From Bacteroidota bacterium (GTDB lineage Bacteria > Bacteroidota > Bacteroidia > Chitinophagales > JADIYW01): a stretch of 64,000 nucleotides of DNA. The notes beneath the pieces were generated by a model, which was not told where the DNA came from, ran no database searches, and worked only from the letters and a program-made list of their open reading frames with translations. Location: contig JAQBNI010000150.1 in NCBI GenBank assembly GCA_028288625.1, forward strand, positions 1,584-65,583, written 5' to 3'. Positions 38,329 through 47,300 of the stretch are shown here, piece after piece; within the stretch, counting starts at the first letter, position 1, and each line of letters begins with the position of its first letter. Both the position numbers and the translations under genes were made by a program.

Positions 38329-38444
38329 GTCATCTCGAATGAAATGAGAGATCCCGAACAGTTATGCACTTGCGGAAGAAGGTAAATTAAATCGGATTGC
38401 CACATCGCTGCTGCCTGCGGCAGCGAAACGCGATTCGCAATGAC
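38329..38444. repeat. REP-like doublet (GTCAT...GATCC / GGATTGCC...GCAATGAC)
   Basis: Inward-facing palindromic units at 38329-38354 and 38394-38444; homologous to 53859-53999. Confidence 0.75.
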
Positions 38445-38485
38445 GGACTACATTTTAGAAAGCAATCATTTAATAAATTCATTTC

Positions 38486-38527
38486 TAATTCGTAAATTGT
38501 AAATCGTAATTCGTAAATAATAATTCA
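38486..38527 (+). repeat. heptamer tandem repeat (TAAWTCG-like x6)
   Basis: TAATTCG TAAATTG TAAATCG TAATTCG TAAATAA TAATTCA. Confidence 0.6.
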
Positions 38528-38532
38528 TCCTT

Positions 38533-40161
38533 ATGGCATCAAATTCTTTCGACTACGACTATGTAATTATCGGCAGCGGTTTCGGCGGCTCCGTTTCAGC
38601 TTTGCGCTTATCGGAAAAAGGATACAAAGTGCTCGTCATCGAAAAAGGCAAGTGGTTTAAACCGGAGGATTTCCCGAAAACAAACTGGGATCTGCGCAGA
38701 TGGATGTGGATGCCTTCACTCGGAATGCAAGGCTTGTTCAAGCTCACGTTTTACAGGCATGTAGCCATTGTAAGCGGCGTGGGTGTTGGCGGCGGCTCGC
38801 TGGTATATGCAAACACATTACCAGTACCTAAATCGGAATTTTATAACACCGGTCACTGGAAAGGATTGGATAACTGGCAGGAAGAATTAAAACCATTTTA
38901 TAGTACTGCGTTAAAAATGCTCGGCGCGGAAAAACATCCTTATATGAGTCGCAGTGATAAGGCGATGCAACAACTTGCCACCAACTGGGGCAGACCGGAA
39001 GCCTTTGAAAAAACAGACGTTGCCGTTTATTTTGGAAAACCCGGTGTAACTGTTTCGGATCCGTATTTTGAAGGTAAAGGACCGGAAAGAACCGGCTGCA
39101 TTCTTTGCGGAGGCTGTATGCTTGGATGCAGGTATGATTCTAAAAATACGCTCGATAAAAATTATTTATATCTCGCCCAGCAATTGGGCTGTGAAATTCT
39201 TGCGGAAAAAGAAGTATACGATGTTGTGCCGTTAACGGAGGATGGGAGCGGAGGTTATGAAATAAAATATAAGGACTCATTAAGTTATTTTCCGAAGAAA
39301 GGTTCATTGAAAACACGCGGCGTAATTTTTTCCGGCGGTGTGCTCGGCTCAATAAATTTATTATTGAAGATGAAAGAAGCTTCATTGCCAAATTTATCAG
39401 ATACGATAGGAACAGGTATTCGTACAAATTCGGAAAGTTTGATAGGGGTAACTACTTATGACAAGGATGTTTCTTTTTCTGAAGGTATCGCGATCGGATC
39501 TATTGTAAATATTGATGATAGCCGCCATCTTGAACCTGTAAAATATTCTGAAGGTGCAGGTTTCTGGCGCATCTTCATGGCGCCGATGGTGCAGGGGAAA
39601 AATTTCTTTATCCGTTTTTTCAGGATGATCAAAGATTTTATTTTGCACCCTGTCAATAATTTTAAAGTATTTTTTGTTGATGACTGGAGCAAGCGCACAC
39701 AAATTTTATTGTACATGGAGAGTATAGATTCCACTTTGAGTTTTAAAAGAAATATGCTGGGTGGAATGAAAACAAATTTAGATACAGGTCCTGCACCGAC
39801 TGCATTCAATCCCAAGGCTCAGGATATTGCGCATGAAATGGAAAAGATCGTCAATGGAAAAGCAATGGTGATGAGTACGGAAACTTTATTCGGCATTCCT
39901 ACAACCGCACATATTCTCGGCGGTGCATGCATGGGAAAGGATGTAGATAGCGGTGTGATCGATAAAAACAATTACGTCTTCAATTATAAAAATATGATGG
40001 TTTGCGACGGTAGCATGATCTCTGCAAATCCGGGTGTGAATCCAAGCTTAAGTATTACTGCAATAACAGAGCGTGCGATGAGCAAGATCCCGATGAAAAG
40101 AGATAATCCTGAATTTAATCCTGTTGATATGCGACATGCAGAGATTATTCCTGTTTTATAG
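38533..40161 (+). CDS. GMC-family oxidoreductase (cholesterol oxidase ChoD-like)
   Basis: IIGSGFGGSVSA FAD motif, GVGGGSLVY, CILCGGCMLGC, TAHILGGA, NPGVNPSLSITA. Confidence 0.88.
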   Translation: MASNSFDYDYVIIGSGFGGSVSALRLSEKGYKVLVIEKGKWFKPEDFPKTNWDLRRWMWMPSLGMQGLFKLTFYRHVAIVSGVGVGGGSLVYANTLPVPKSEFYNTGHWKGLDNWQEELKPFYSTALKMLGAEKHPYMSRSDKAMQQLATNWGRPEAFEKTDVAVYFGKPGVTVSDPYFEGKGPERTGCILCGGCMLGCRYDSKNTLDKNYLYLAQQLGCEILAEKEVYDVVPLTEDGSGGYEIKYKDSLSYFPKKGSLKTRGVIFSGGVLGSINLLLKMKEASLPNLSDTIGTGIRTNSESLIGVTTYDKDVSFSEGIAIGSIVNIDDSRHLEPVKYSEGAGFWRIFMAPMVQGKNFFIRFFRMIKDFILHPVNNFKVFFVDDWSKRTQILLYMESIDSTLSFKRNMLGGMKTNLDTGPAPTAFNPKAQDIAHEMEKIVNGKAMVMSTETLFGIPTTAHILGGACMGKDVDSGVIDKNNYVFNYKNMMVCDGSMISANPGVNPSLSITAITERAMSKIPMKRDNPEFNPVDMRHAEIIPVL

Positions 40162-40189
40162 TATTTTAAATAATGACCTATTGTGAAAT

Positions 40190-40289
40190 GTCATCCCCGA
40201 CCTGATCGGGGATCTCACGAACATAAGAAGAATGTATCTTCATTAAACTGATTGGTGAAACATGAGATCCCCGCATTCGCGAGGATGAC
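40190..40289. repeat. REP-like doublet
   Basis: GTCATCCCCGACCTGATCGGGGATCTC (40190-40216), 47-nt spacer, GAGATCCCCGCATTCGCGAGGATGAC (40264-40289). Confidence 0.8.
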
Positions 40290-40303
40290 TGTAATTAAAT
40301 TAA

Positions 40304-40327
40304 AAAAGTCTCCAATCGGAGACTTTT
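40304..40327. terminator. bidirectional terminator between the GMC oxidase and rlpA
   Basis: AAAAGTCTCC-aatc-GGAGACTTTT. Confidence 0.7.
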
Positions 40328-40347
40328 AATTTTTTGTGGAGCAAGTG

Positions 40348-41235
40348 TTATTCGTACATCAGTACAACCGCATCCTTGTATTTATCTTCGAGCACAGTTT
40401 TAAGTGCATCAGCGTATGCGCGGTTTTGAAATTTTCCCATGCACAATTTGTAGAGCGTTTTTCCTCCTTCACTTACCTGGTGGATCAGCAACGATTGTTT
40501 GAATTTTTCCAGTTCTGCCGTCAATTCAAAGATAACAGAAGGATCTGAAAAAATACCAAGCTGAACTCCGTAGAATCCGATCTTGCTTTTATCGAGGTTT
40601 GTGATGATGGAATAAGAAGAGCGGTTTAAAAGACCACCTGCATTTGCTTCCTGTACATCCGAAATAGGTAGGGTGGGAATATCTTTTTGGTTTGAAACCC
40701 GGGCGACCGGGGTTGTTTCCCGTTTTTCCTGCGTTTCAACTGCAGTGTTATCGTCATCATTTACCGTTGGTATATCTTTCCAGGATTGCTCCTCAAGATC
40801 TGAACAATCATAAGCACGTATGCCGTTTTGATGCGTAATATCTGCAGCTGTAACAGATGCCGTGAGCAATTCAACAGGAATATCATCCTTACCTATCACT
40901 TCCACTTTTACATAAGCCGTGCCTTTGTTCCTGTAGCCCAGGATCTCCGCTGCCTTTGTAGAAAGATCAATGATCCGTCCTTTTACAAACGGACCACGAT
41001 CGTTGATCTTTACGTATACAGACTTGTTGTTTTTTGTGTTGGTTACTTTCACCGTTGTACCGAGCGGAAGCGTTTTGTGCGCTGCAGTAAGCTTGTTCTG
41101 TGAATAGATCTGTCCGCTTGCAGTAGTCTTGCCATGGAATTCCAGTCCATAAAAAGAAGCTACGCCAAACTCAGGTTCTGCGAACAAGGTGATAAATGCA
41201 ATAATAACCGGGAAAAGTAAAAGTATTTTTTTCAT
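40348..41235 (-). CDS. rlpA: septal ring lytic transglycosylase RlpA family (DPBB + SPOR)
   Basis: [37 protein letters not shown]; C-terminal SPOR-like (YGVQLGIF). Confidence 0.88.
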   Translation of the reverse strand: MKKILLLFPVIIAFITLFAEPEFGVASFYGLEFHGKTTASGQIYSQNKLTAAHKTLPLGTTVKVTNTKNNKSVYVKINDRGPFVKGRIIDLSTKAAEILGYRNKGTAYVKVEVIGKDDIPVELLTASVTAADITHQNGIRAYDCSDLEEQSWKDIPTVNDDDNTAVETQEKRETTPVARVSNQKDIPTLPISDVQEANAGGLLNRSSYSIITNLDKSKIGFYGVQLGIFSDPSVIFELTAELEKFKQSLLIHQVSEGGKTLYKLCMGKFQNRAYADALKTVLEDKYKDAVVLMYE

Positions 41236-41369
41236 CTGTTTTTTAATTTTGCTTAATGAGCAGATGGAAAGCTCTTTGTTTGTTTTTTATTTGTGAGACA
41301 TCTCACGGAACCCGGCTTTCGAAACTATTTTGTGCCTTAAAGTTCGGAAGCAAAAATACGGCTATTTGG

Positions 41370-42017
41370 TTAAGCAGACGTTAAGGCAGCAGACAATTGC
41401 ATTAAAGGTTCAGTTAAAATTACGTGCCCGCCTTTGTAAAAAATATGTGAAAATGTTAACCCCTTGTTAATAAAACCTTTCATTACTTCATCTCTTGCCT
41501 TTTCAGTAATGAATTCATCGCTGTCGCCCACGAGTAAATAAGGCTGCCATTGATTAATTTTCGGGATATCATTCAAACAGTCGTGAGGTATCGTTCCGCC
41601 CCAAAAAACCATTCTATCTACGTGATTTTTGCTGTTTAATGCCCATCTGCAGACGGTCGCCGCGCCTTGAGAAAATCCCAATGCAACAATTTTTGCCTTT
41701 GTTTGTGAGATTAATGTTTTGTAAACGTTATCCAGGTATGAAATGTAATCACCGATCTCATTTTCGCGGTCTTCGGTCGTCATCCATGAGGCTCCGACTC
41801 TTCCTGTCATATCCTTCAGGTAAAAGCGATTTAAGGCTTCCGGCACGATCACAAAATGTTCTTCAGGGTTGAGCTCTTCAAATTTCTTTATAAAGAATTC
41901 CGCGAGAAAGCCATAGCCGTGCGCAACGATCCATACTAGTTTGGTGGATTCCGATAAAGTGCCGTGTGTAAATACCCTGCCGGTTTTTTTTGTAACGATG
42001 GAATGCGATTGCGCCAT
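41370..42017 (-). CDS. phospholipase/carboxylesterase-family alpha/beta hydrolase
   Basis: HGYG, GASWMT, GFSQG, GDSD, GGH. Confidence 0.85.
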   Translation of the reverse strand: MAQSHSIVTKKTGRVFTHGTLSESTKLVWIVAHGYGFLAEFFIKKFEELNPEEHFVIVPEALNRFYLKDMTGRVGASWMTTEDRENEIGDYISYLDNVYKTLISQTKAKIVALGFSQGAATVCRWALNSKNHVDRMVFWGGTIPHDCLNDIPKINQWQPYLLVGDSDEFITEKARDEVMKGFINKGLTFSHIFYKGGHVILTEPLMQLSAALTSA

Positions 42018-42068
42018 TTCACAAATATACTATACTGCATAAAATGCAATTTTGTTAGTTTTACACAC

Positions 42069-42452
42069 ATGAAGGATTTCAAGAAATATTATATCGTAAG
42101 TGAATCGCCTGATATGGTGTATAAGGCACTGACTAATCCTGTGATACTGGGACTATGGACAGGAGAGGAAGCGGAAATGTCGGAGGAACCGGGCAGCGAA
42201 TTTTCACTTTGGGGCGGCAGTATCACCGGAAAGAATCTTGAGTTTATACCGGACAAGAAGATCGTCCAAGAGTGGTATTTCGGTGAGCAAACGGAGCCTT
42301 CGATCGTAACTATCCTGCTGCATGAGCACAAGCAAGGTACCTCGGTTGAATTGAGGCACACCAATATTCCCGACGAAGATTATGATGATATTGTATCCGG
42401 ATGGAATTCGGAATATTTCGGAGCGCTGATAGATTTTTATACGCAGGGATAA
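42069..42452 (+). CDS. SRPBCC / activator-of-HSP90-ATPase (AHSA1) domain protein
   Basis: VYKALT.P....WTG, FSLWGGSITG, KIVQEW, GW..EYF; ATG at 42069. Confidence 0.85.
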   Translation: MKDFKKYYIVSESPDMVYKALTNPVILGLWTGEEAEMSEEPGSEFSLWGGSITGKNLEFIPDKKIVQEWYFGEQTEPSIVTILLHEHKQGTSVELRHTNIPDEDYDDIVSGWNSEYFGALIDFYTQG

Positions 42453-42477
42453 AAAAAGCCGGATCTATGATCCGGCT
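42451..42477. terminator. hairpin terminator
   Basis: A tract then AGCCGGATC-tat-GATCCGGCT between convergent genes. Confidence 0.6.
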
Positions 42478-42690
42478 ACGCAAATTAGGTTATCAGTTAA
42501 GGCGTTCGCATTTTTGTATTTCGGGGAATTTAAAATCTTATAATGGTTGCTAGCGCCGAAACAAATTCATTTCTGTAAAGATGCTATCAATCCTTATAAA
42601 GATGTTATATCATTTCTAAGGAATCTTACATAATTCCCATGTAACTTTTCTTTTTAAATCTGATCGGAAATTCCTGACAGCAGATAATAA

Positions 42691-43476
42691 TTACCTTCTG
42701 TTCTTAGCACGAACATATACATGCTTGATATTATTCTTCCCGGTTTCCCTTGCATCGATCTCAAATTTATTCATGCTTTTTATCAGGGGCAGCATCTTGG
42801 AATATCCGTAATTCCGGGCATCAAAGTCGGGTTTCTTTTTTAAGATAAGATTGCCAAGATCACCTAAAAAAGCCCATCCGTTTTCGTCAGCGAGATCGGC
42901 AATGCTATCATTCAATAACCGGAAAAGCCCCATATCAACCTTGCTTAAAGGAACGTTTGCCTTAGTCTCACGTTTTTTAACCGGTCTGGGAGGTAAATTT
43001 TCAGAACGCGGTTCCTCCTCTTCTTCATCTTGTTCGGAAGCAAGGATCTCTATATAAATAAATTTATCGCATGCTGTGATAAATGGCTTTAATGTTTTTT
43101 TCTCGCCAATGCCGATCACCTTCATTCCGGCTTCTCGTAACCGTATGGCAAGCCGCGTAAAGTCACTGTCACTGGAGACAATACAAAAGCCATCCACCTT
43201 TCCGGAATATAAAATATCCATGGCATCGATGATCATCGCACTGTCACTCGAATTTTTCCCCGAGGTATAGCTGTATTGCTGTACAGGAGTGATTGCATTT
43301 TCAAGTAAAACTTTTTTCCACCCTGAAACGGTCGGCTTTGTCCAGTCCGCATATATGCGTTTAAACGTCGGCGTACCATATTTGGTGATCTCTTCAAGCA
43401 TCTCCTTAATATTGGCATAAGGAACGTTGTCAGCATCAATTAAAACGGCAAGTCTGAGGTCGGTTATGGCGTCCAT
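42691..43476 (-). CDS. NYN (LabA/DUF88 PIN-like) domain protein with OST-HTH/LOTUS domain
   Basis: LAVLIDADN, GKNSSD..M.IDAMD, SSDSDF, ACDKF; C-terminal DFDARNYGY.K. Confidence 0.9.
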   Translation of the reverse strand: MDAITDLRLAVLIDADNVPYANIKEMLEEITKYGTPTFKRIYADWTKPTVSGWKKVLLENAITPVQQYSYTSGKNSSDSAMIIDAMDILYSGKVDGFCIVSSDSDFTRLAIRLREAGMKVIGIGEKKTLKPFITACDKFIYIEILASEQDEEEEEPRSENLPPRPVKKRETKANVPLSKVDMGLFRLLNDSIADLADENGWAFLGDLGNLILKKKPDFDARNYGYSKMLPLIKSMNKFEIDARETGKNNIKHVYVRAKNRR

Positions 43477-43677
43477 GTTTTTTATTTTAGAGTGTTCTCA
43501 AAGCTATAAATGTAATAAAATTTAATATGGTTTAGCATTGTTATGCCTTTATTCAATAACGTGTGAATGTTATAAGCTTTTTGATACATCGTATAACGTA
43601 TACTGAAGGATAATGAGTCAATTTTACAACGAGAAGTTTATCAAAATCAACTCTCTTAACATTCTAAAATAACAAGT

Positions 43678-44406
43678 ATGAAAAAATCAGCATTAACAGG
43701 TCTCTTATTGATCGGATTATTATCCTTTCAATTAAACGGTTTCGGACAAACCGCAGAAGATCACTACAAAACAGCTATGTCCAAAATGACTTCCGGTCAA
43801 AAATTAGAAGCATTACCTGAACTCAATTATGCAATTCTTGCAAATCCGAATTACACAGATGCATATAATTTACGTGCACAGGTTCTCAATAGCGTAGGAG
43901 AATATAGCGGTGTTATCAGGGATTATACAAAAGTTATTGAATTAAATCCGAATGACTTAAGAGCTTACCTGAACCGTGGTATTGCTTATGAAAACCTCGG
44001 TAACAATACGAGCGCTTATTTAGATTTTAACAAGGCAGTTGAATTGGATCCCAATTCTGCAGAAGCACTTAACTATCGCGGAATGTCAAAAAATATTTCA
44101 CAAAATTATAACGGTGCAATAAAGGATCTTGATAAAGCAATTTCTTTGGATCCATCATATGCTGAAGCTTATACCAATCGCGGTAATTCAAAATATTATC
44201 TGATGGATGATAACGGTTCTATTGCTGATTATAACAAGGCAATAGAAATAAAACCGGATCTTGCTGATGCATATCTGAACCGTGCAAATTATAAGTACTA
44301 TACAGGAAGCGATGCTTCTAAAGCTTGTCCGGACTGGCAGAAAGCAAAAGAGCTGGGAAGCTTTGATGCAAAAGTAATGGCTCGAAAAAATTGTGCAGGA
44401 AAATAA
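43678..44406 (+). CDS. exported tetratricopeptide repeat protein
   Basis: Signal peptide; repeated AY.NRG...D..KAIEL.P. Confidence 0.9.
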   Translation: MKKSALTGLLLIGLLSFQLNGFGQTAEDHYKTAMSKMTSGQKLEALPELNYAILANPNYTDAYNLRAQVLNSVGEYSGVIRDYTKVIELNPNDLRAYLNRGIAYENLGNNTSAYLDFNKAVELDPNSAEALNYRGMSKNISQNYNGAIKDLDKAISLDPSYAEAYTNRGNSKYYLMDDNGSIADYNKAIEIKPDLADAYLNRANYKYYTGSDASKACPDWQKAKELGSFDAKVMARKNCAGK

Positions 44407-44433
44407 AATAAAAGAGCACAAACATAATTACCG

Positions 44434-44466
44434 GCACGCAAACGACAGTTTGCGTGCTTTTTTTTT
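44434..44466 (+). terminator. intrinsic terminator
   Basis: GCACGCAAAC-gaca-GTTTGCGTGC plus T9. Confidence 0.8.
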
Positions 44467-44525
44467 ACGTTATTCTTAAGTAGATCCTATATATTTTTTC
44501 AGAGATTTCAATTATCTTTATTTAT

Positions 44526-45137
44526 ATGAAAACCTGTTACCCGAATGTTTTATGGTTGCTGTTTGTTTTATTGCGGCTTAACGCAAATGCACAAACTGCG
44601 CAGGATTATTTTAAAAGCGGTACTTCAAAAGATAACACCGGTGATCATCCGGGTGCCATAGAAGATTTTAATAGATCGATCGCATTGGACAGCCTGCATT
44701 CGGTAAGTTATTTCAACAGGGGAATTGCGAAAGCCGCTACAGGTGATTATGCTGCCGCTATCGTTGATTTTAATAAAGCTATAAAGATGAATCCTTCAAA
44801 GCCCGATTATTATAATAGCCGTGGGAATGCAAAGGATCACATGAAAGACTATGAAGGCGCTATTCTCGATTTTAATAAATCGATACAATTAAATTCCGCA
44901 AATACATTCAGTTACTATGACAGGGGAATTGCAAGATCGCATTTAAATGATCTGACAGGTGCATTGCAGGATTATACGAAGGCTGTACAGGTAGATTCAA
45001 CCAATGCCCTTGCTTATTTTAACCGCGGTGTTTTGCGACATGATCTGAAATATAAAGGTGCGTGCTCCGATTGGAAACAGGCGTTACGGCTTAAATATAA
45101 ACAGGCGGCAGAGTTGATTGCGAAGTATTGTAAATAA
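44526..45137 (+). CDS. exported tetratricopeptide repeat protein
   Basis: Signal peptide (ANA-Q); TPR repeats. Confidence 0.9.
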   Translation: MKTCYPNVLWLLFVLLRLNANAQTAQDYFKSGTSKDNTGDHPGAIEDFNRSIALDSLHSVSYFNRGIAKAATGDYAAAIVDFNKAIKMNPSKPDYYNSRGNAKDHMKDYEGAILDFNKSIQLNSANTFSYYDRGIARSHLNDLTGALQDYTKAVQVDSTNALAYFNRGVLRHDLKYKGACSDWKQALRLKYKQAAELIAKYCK

Positions 45138-45212
45138 TTTTTTATGATATTAATTCTTTTTACAATGCCGAACTAGCAGGAAAATCAATGATTTTTTATA
45201 TTTTTGTTTAAT

Positions 45213-45926
45213 ATGAAGACTATTTCCAGATATTATCTTTTGCTTTTAATGTGGTTGCCTTTTCCCTTGGTTGCACAAACGGCAGTTAGTTTTTATAAAA
45301 ACGGCATGTCGAAGCTTAACGCAGGGAATGCATTGGAAGCATTATCAGATTTCAATTATGCTATCCTGAATAATATTAATTATAAAGAGGCATACATAGC
45401 GCGCGCATCTGTGTTGAATAGCGTGGGAGAATTTTCTGGTGTGATCAGGGATTACACTAAAGCGATAGAATTGGATCCGAATGACAAAACATTATACATT
45501 GCTCTCGGCAAGGCGTATGAGTCTATTGGTGACAACAGCAGCGCATTTGCAAATTTTAATAAAGCAGTATCCCTCGATTCCAATTACGCGCAAGCATATT
45601 CTTACCGCGGTATGTCCAGGAATTTTTCCGTTAATTATGAAGAAGCAATAGTAGATTTTGATAAAGCGATTCAATTAGATTCTGCTTCTGCTGAAGCTTA
45701 TACCTACCGGGGAAATTCAAAATTTTATTTAATGCAGAATGAGGGAGCTCTGGAAGACTACAATAAAGCAGTCGAATTAAATCCTAAGCTTCCTGAAGTT
45801 TTTCTTAACCGCGGTAATTTTTATTATTATAATGATGCTGTTTCTGACGCATGCACTGATTGGATGAAAGCAATGGCACTTGGAAGCTTCGACGCAAAGG
45901 CACTGGTAAAGAAAAATTGTAAGTAG
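45213..45926 (+). CDS. exported tetratricopeptide repeat protein (paralog of 43678..44406)
   Basis: TPR repeats; shares VLNSVGE.SGVIRDYTK.IEL.PND with the first TPR gene. Confidence 0.9.
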   Translation: MKTISRYYLLLLMWLPFPLVAQTAVSFYKNGMSKLNAGNALEALSDFNYAILNNINYKEAYIARASVLNSVGEFSGVIRDYTKAIELDPNDKTLYIALGKAYESIGDNSSAFANFNKAVSLDSNYAQAYSYRGMSRNFSVNYEEAIVDFDKAIQLDSASAEAYTYRGNSKFYLMQNEGALEDYNKAVELNPKLPEVFLNRGNFYYYNDAVSDACTDWMKAMALGSFDAKALVKKNCK

Positions 45927-45930
45927 TTTA

Positions 45931-46080
45931 ATAGTCCACTGTCGATAGTCGATGGTTCATAGTATCATATTACTTAATCAACAGTAACCCACTTTTTCGC
46001 CTCTTAAATAATTATTTATTTCTTTAGTTTGGATTCAGTATATTTTACTATCGACCATCGACGATTAACCAATCAACCCT
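45931..46080. repeat. inverted pair of heptamer arrays
   Basis: ATAGTCC ACTGTCG ATAGTCG ATGGTTC (from 45931) versus ACTATCG ACCATCG ACGATTA ACCAATC (from 46047). Confidence 0.55.
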
Positions 46081-46516
46081 TCTTCATTTCCTGCAGCATC
46101 GCAATAATTTTATCCAGTTTTTGTTCTTCAATATCGCTTAACTGTTTTTGCAAGGATTCTATTTCCAGTTTCGCCTCCAGATTTGTAGAATAATCATTAT
46201 ACGCTTGTATCCTGTCTCTTTCACCCTGTCTGTTCTGTGCCATCATAATGATGGGAGCTGCATAAGCAGCCTGAGTAGAAAATAATAAGTTCAGCAATAT
46301 AAAAGGATACGGATCCCAGTGTTTAAAAAAAGCAACCACGTTAAGCAGCATCCAAAATGCAACAATAGCAGTTTGAATAATAATAAATCTCCACGAGCCC
46401 ATGCCTGTGGCGACGGAATCAGCAAGGCGCTGCCCGAAAGTTGAAGTTTTCTTATGGCGGACGTGCCAGGTTTCCGGTTCCACCGCATTTATTTCTGTGT
46501 TTTTAACTGTTTCCAT
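46073..46516 (-). CDS. DUF1003 membrane protein
   Basis: GQRLAD.VA..MGSW.F, DPYPFILLNL.FS.QAAYAAPIIMMAQNRQ. Confidence 0.9.
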   Translation of the reverse strand: METVKNTEINAVEPETWHVRHKKTSTFGQRLADSVATGMGSWRFIIIQTAIVAFWMLLNVVAFFKHWDPYPFILLNLLFSTQAAYAAPIIMMAQNRQGERDRIQAYNDYSTNLEAKLEIESLQKQLSDIEEQKLDKIIAMLQEMKKG

Positions 46517-46843
46517 TTTTAAATTTTATCGTGTTCATAAAGATAAGAATAGGAAAGTCAATTTATGGATTTGTTATGGTATAACATACATTGTATAAAT
46601 TTTTCAAGTGTATTTTCTCTATACACTGTCAGATGTAATTTTTTTGTTTAACTTAGATAAGAAGCATGGTTTTATGCAGTATTTGCCTTATTTTTGATTA
46701 TGGAATTTCGTTGTTTTTTTACAATAGAAACCTACGCAGTTAGATCAATTGTCGGTAATACTTGGGGAAATAAAAACTGCTTTTACATTTAAATTAATTT
46801 TAATCACAAATAGATTATTCCTATGATCAATTTATAAGAATTA

Positions 46844-47299
46844 ATGGAAACCAATAAAAAGAATTCTTTTATGATACTGCTTGCAGATGACGATGCAGAT
46901 GATCGCTTTCTTTTTAAAGAGGCGGTGGATGAAACGAAGGACGTCGTTCTCGTTACTGTCAAGGATGGCATGGAGTTGATGAATAAATTGACAAAAGCAA
47001 ACGGAGAACTTCCGGATGCGATCTTTCTTGACCTCAACATGCCATTTAAAAATGGTCACGAATGTTTGAGAGAAATAAAAGACAATGAAAAGCTGAAATC
47101 CATTCCCGTAATTATTTATTCCACATCAACCAATAAAGCGCAAATAGATTCTACGTATAAGGACGGTGCAAATTTATATATTCCGAAACCGGATTCTTTT
47201 TCCCTCCTTAAGAAAATTGTAGAAAAGGTGTTTATGCTGGAATGGAAAGAATATAAGCCGCAACCTTCTAAAGATAAATTCGTTTTAAGTATTCAATAA
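46844..47299 (+). CDS. single-domain response regulator (CheY-like receiver)
   Basis: LADDDADD, FLDLNMP, IYSTS, KP; no output domain. Confidence 0.92.
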   Translation: METNKKNSFMILLADDDADDRFLFKEAVDETKDVVLVTVKDGMELMNKLTKANGELPDAIFLDLNMPFKNGHECLREIKDNEKLKSIPVIIYSTSTNKAQIDSTYKDGANLYIPKPDSFSLLKKIVEKVFMLEWKEYKPQPSKDKFVLSIQ

Positions 47300-47300
47300 A

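Noticed and set aside
43678-45926. Diversity-generating retroelement template/variable repeat pair
   Set aside because: Similarity spans whole paralogous genes, differences are not adenine-specific, and no reverse transcriptase is present
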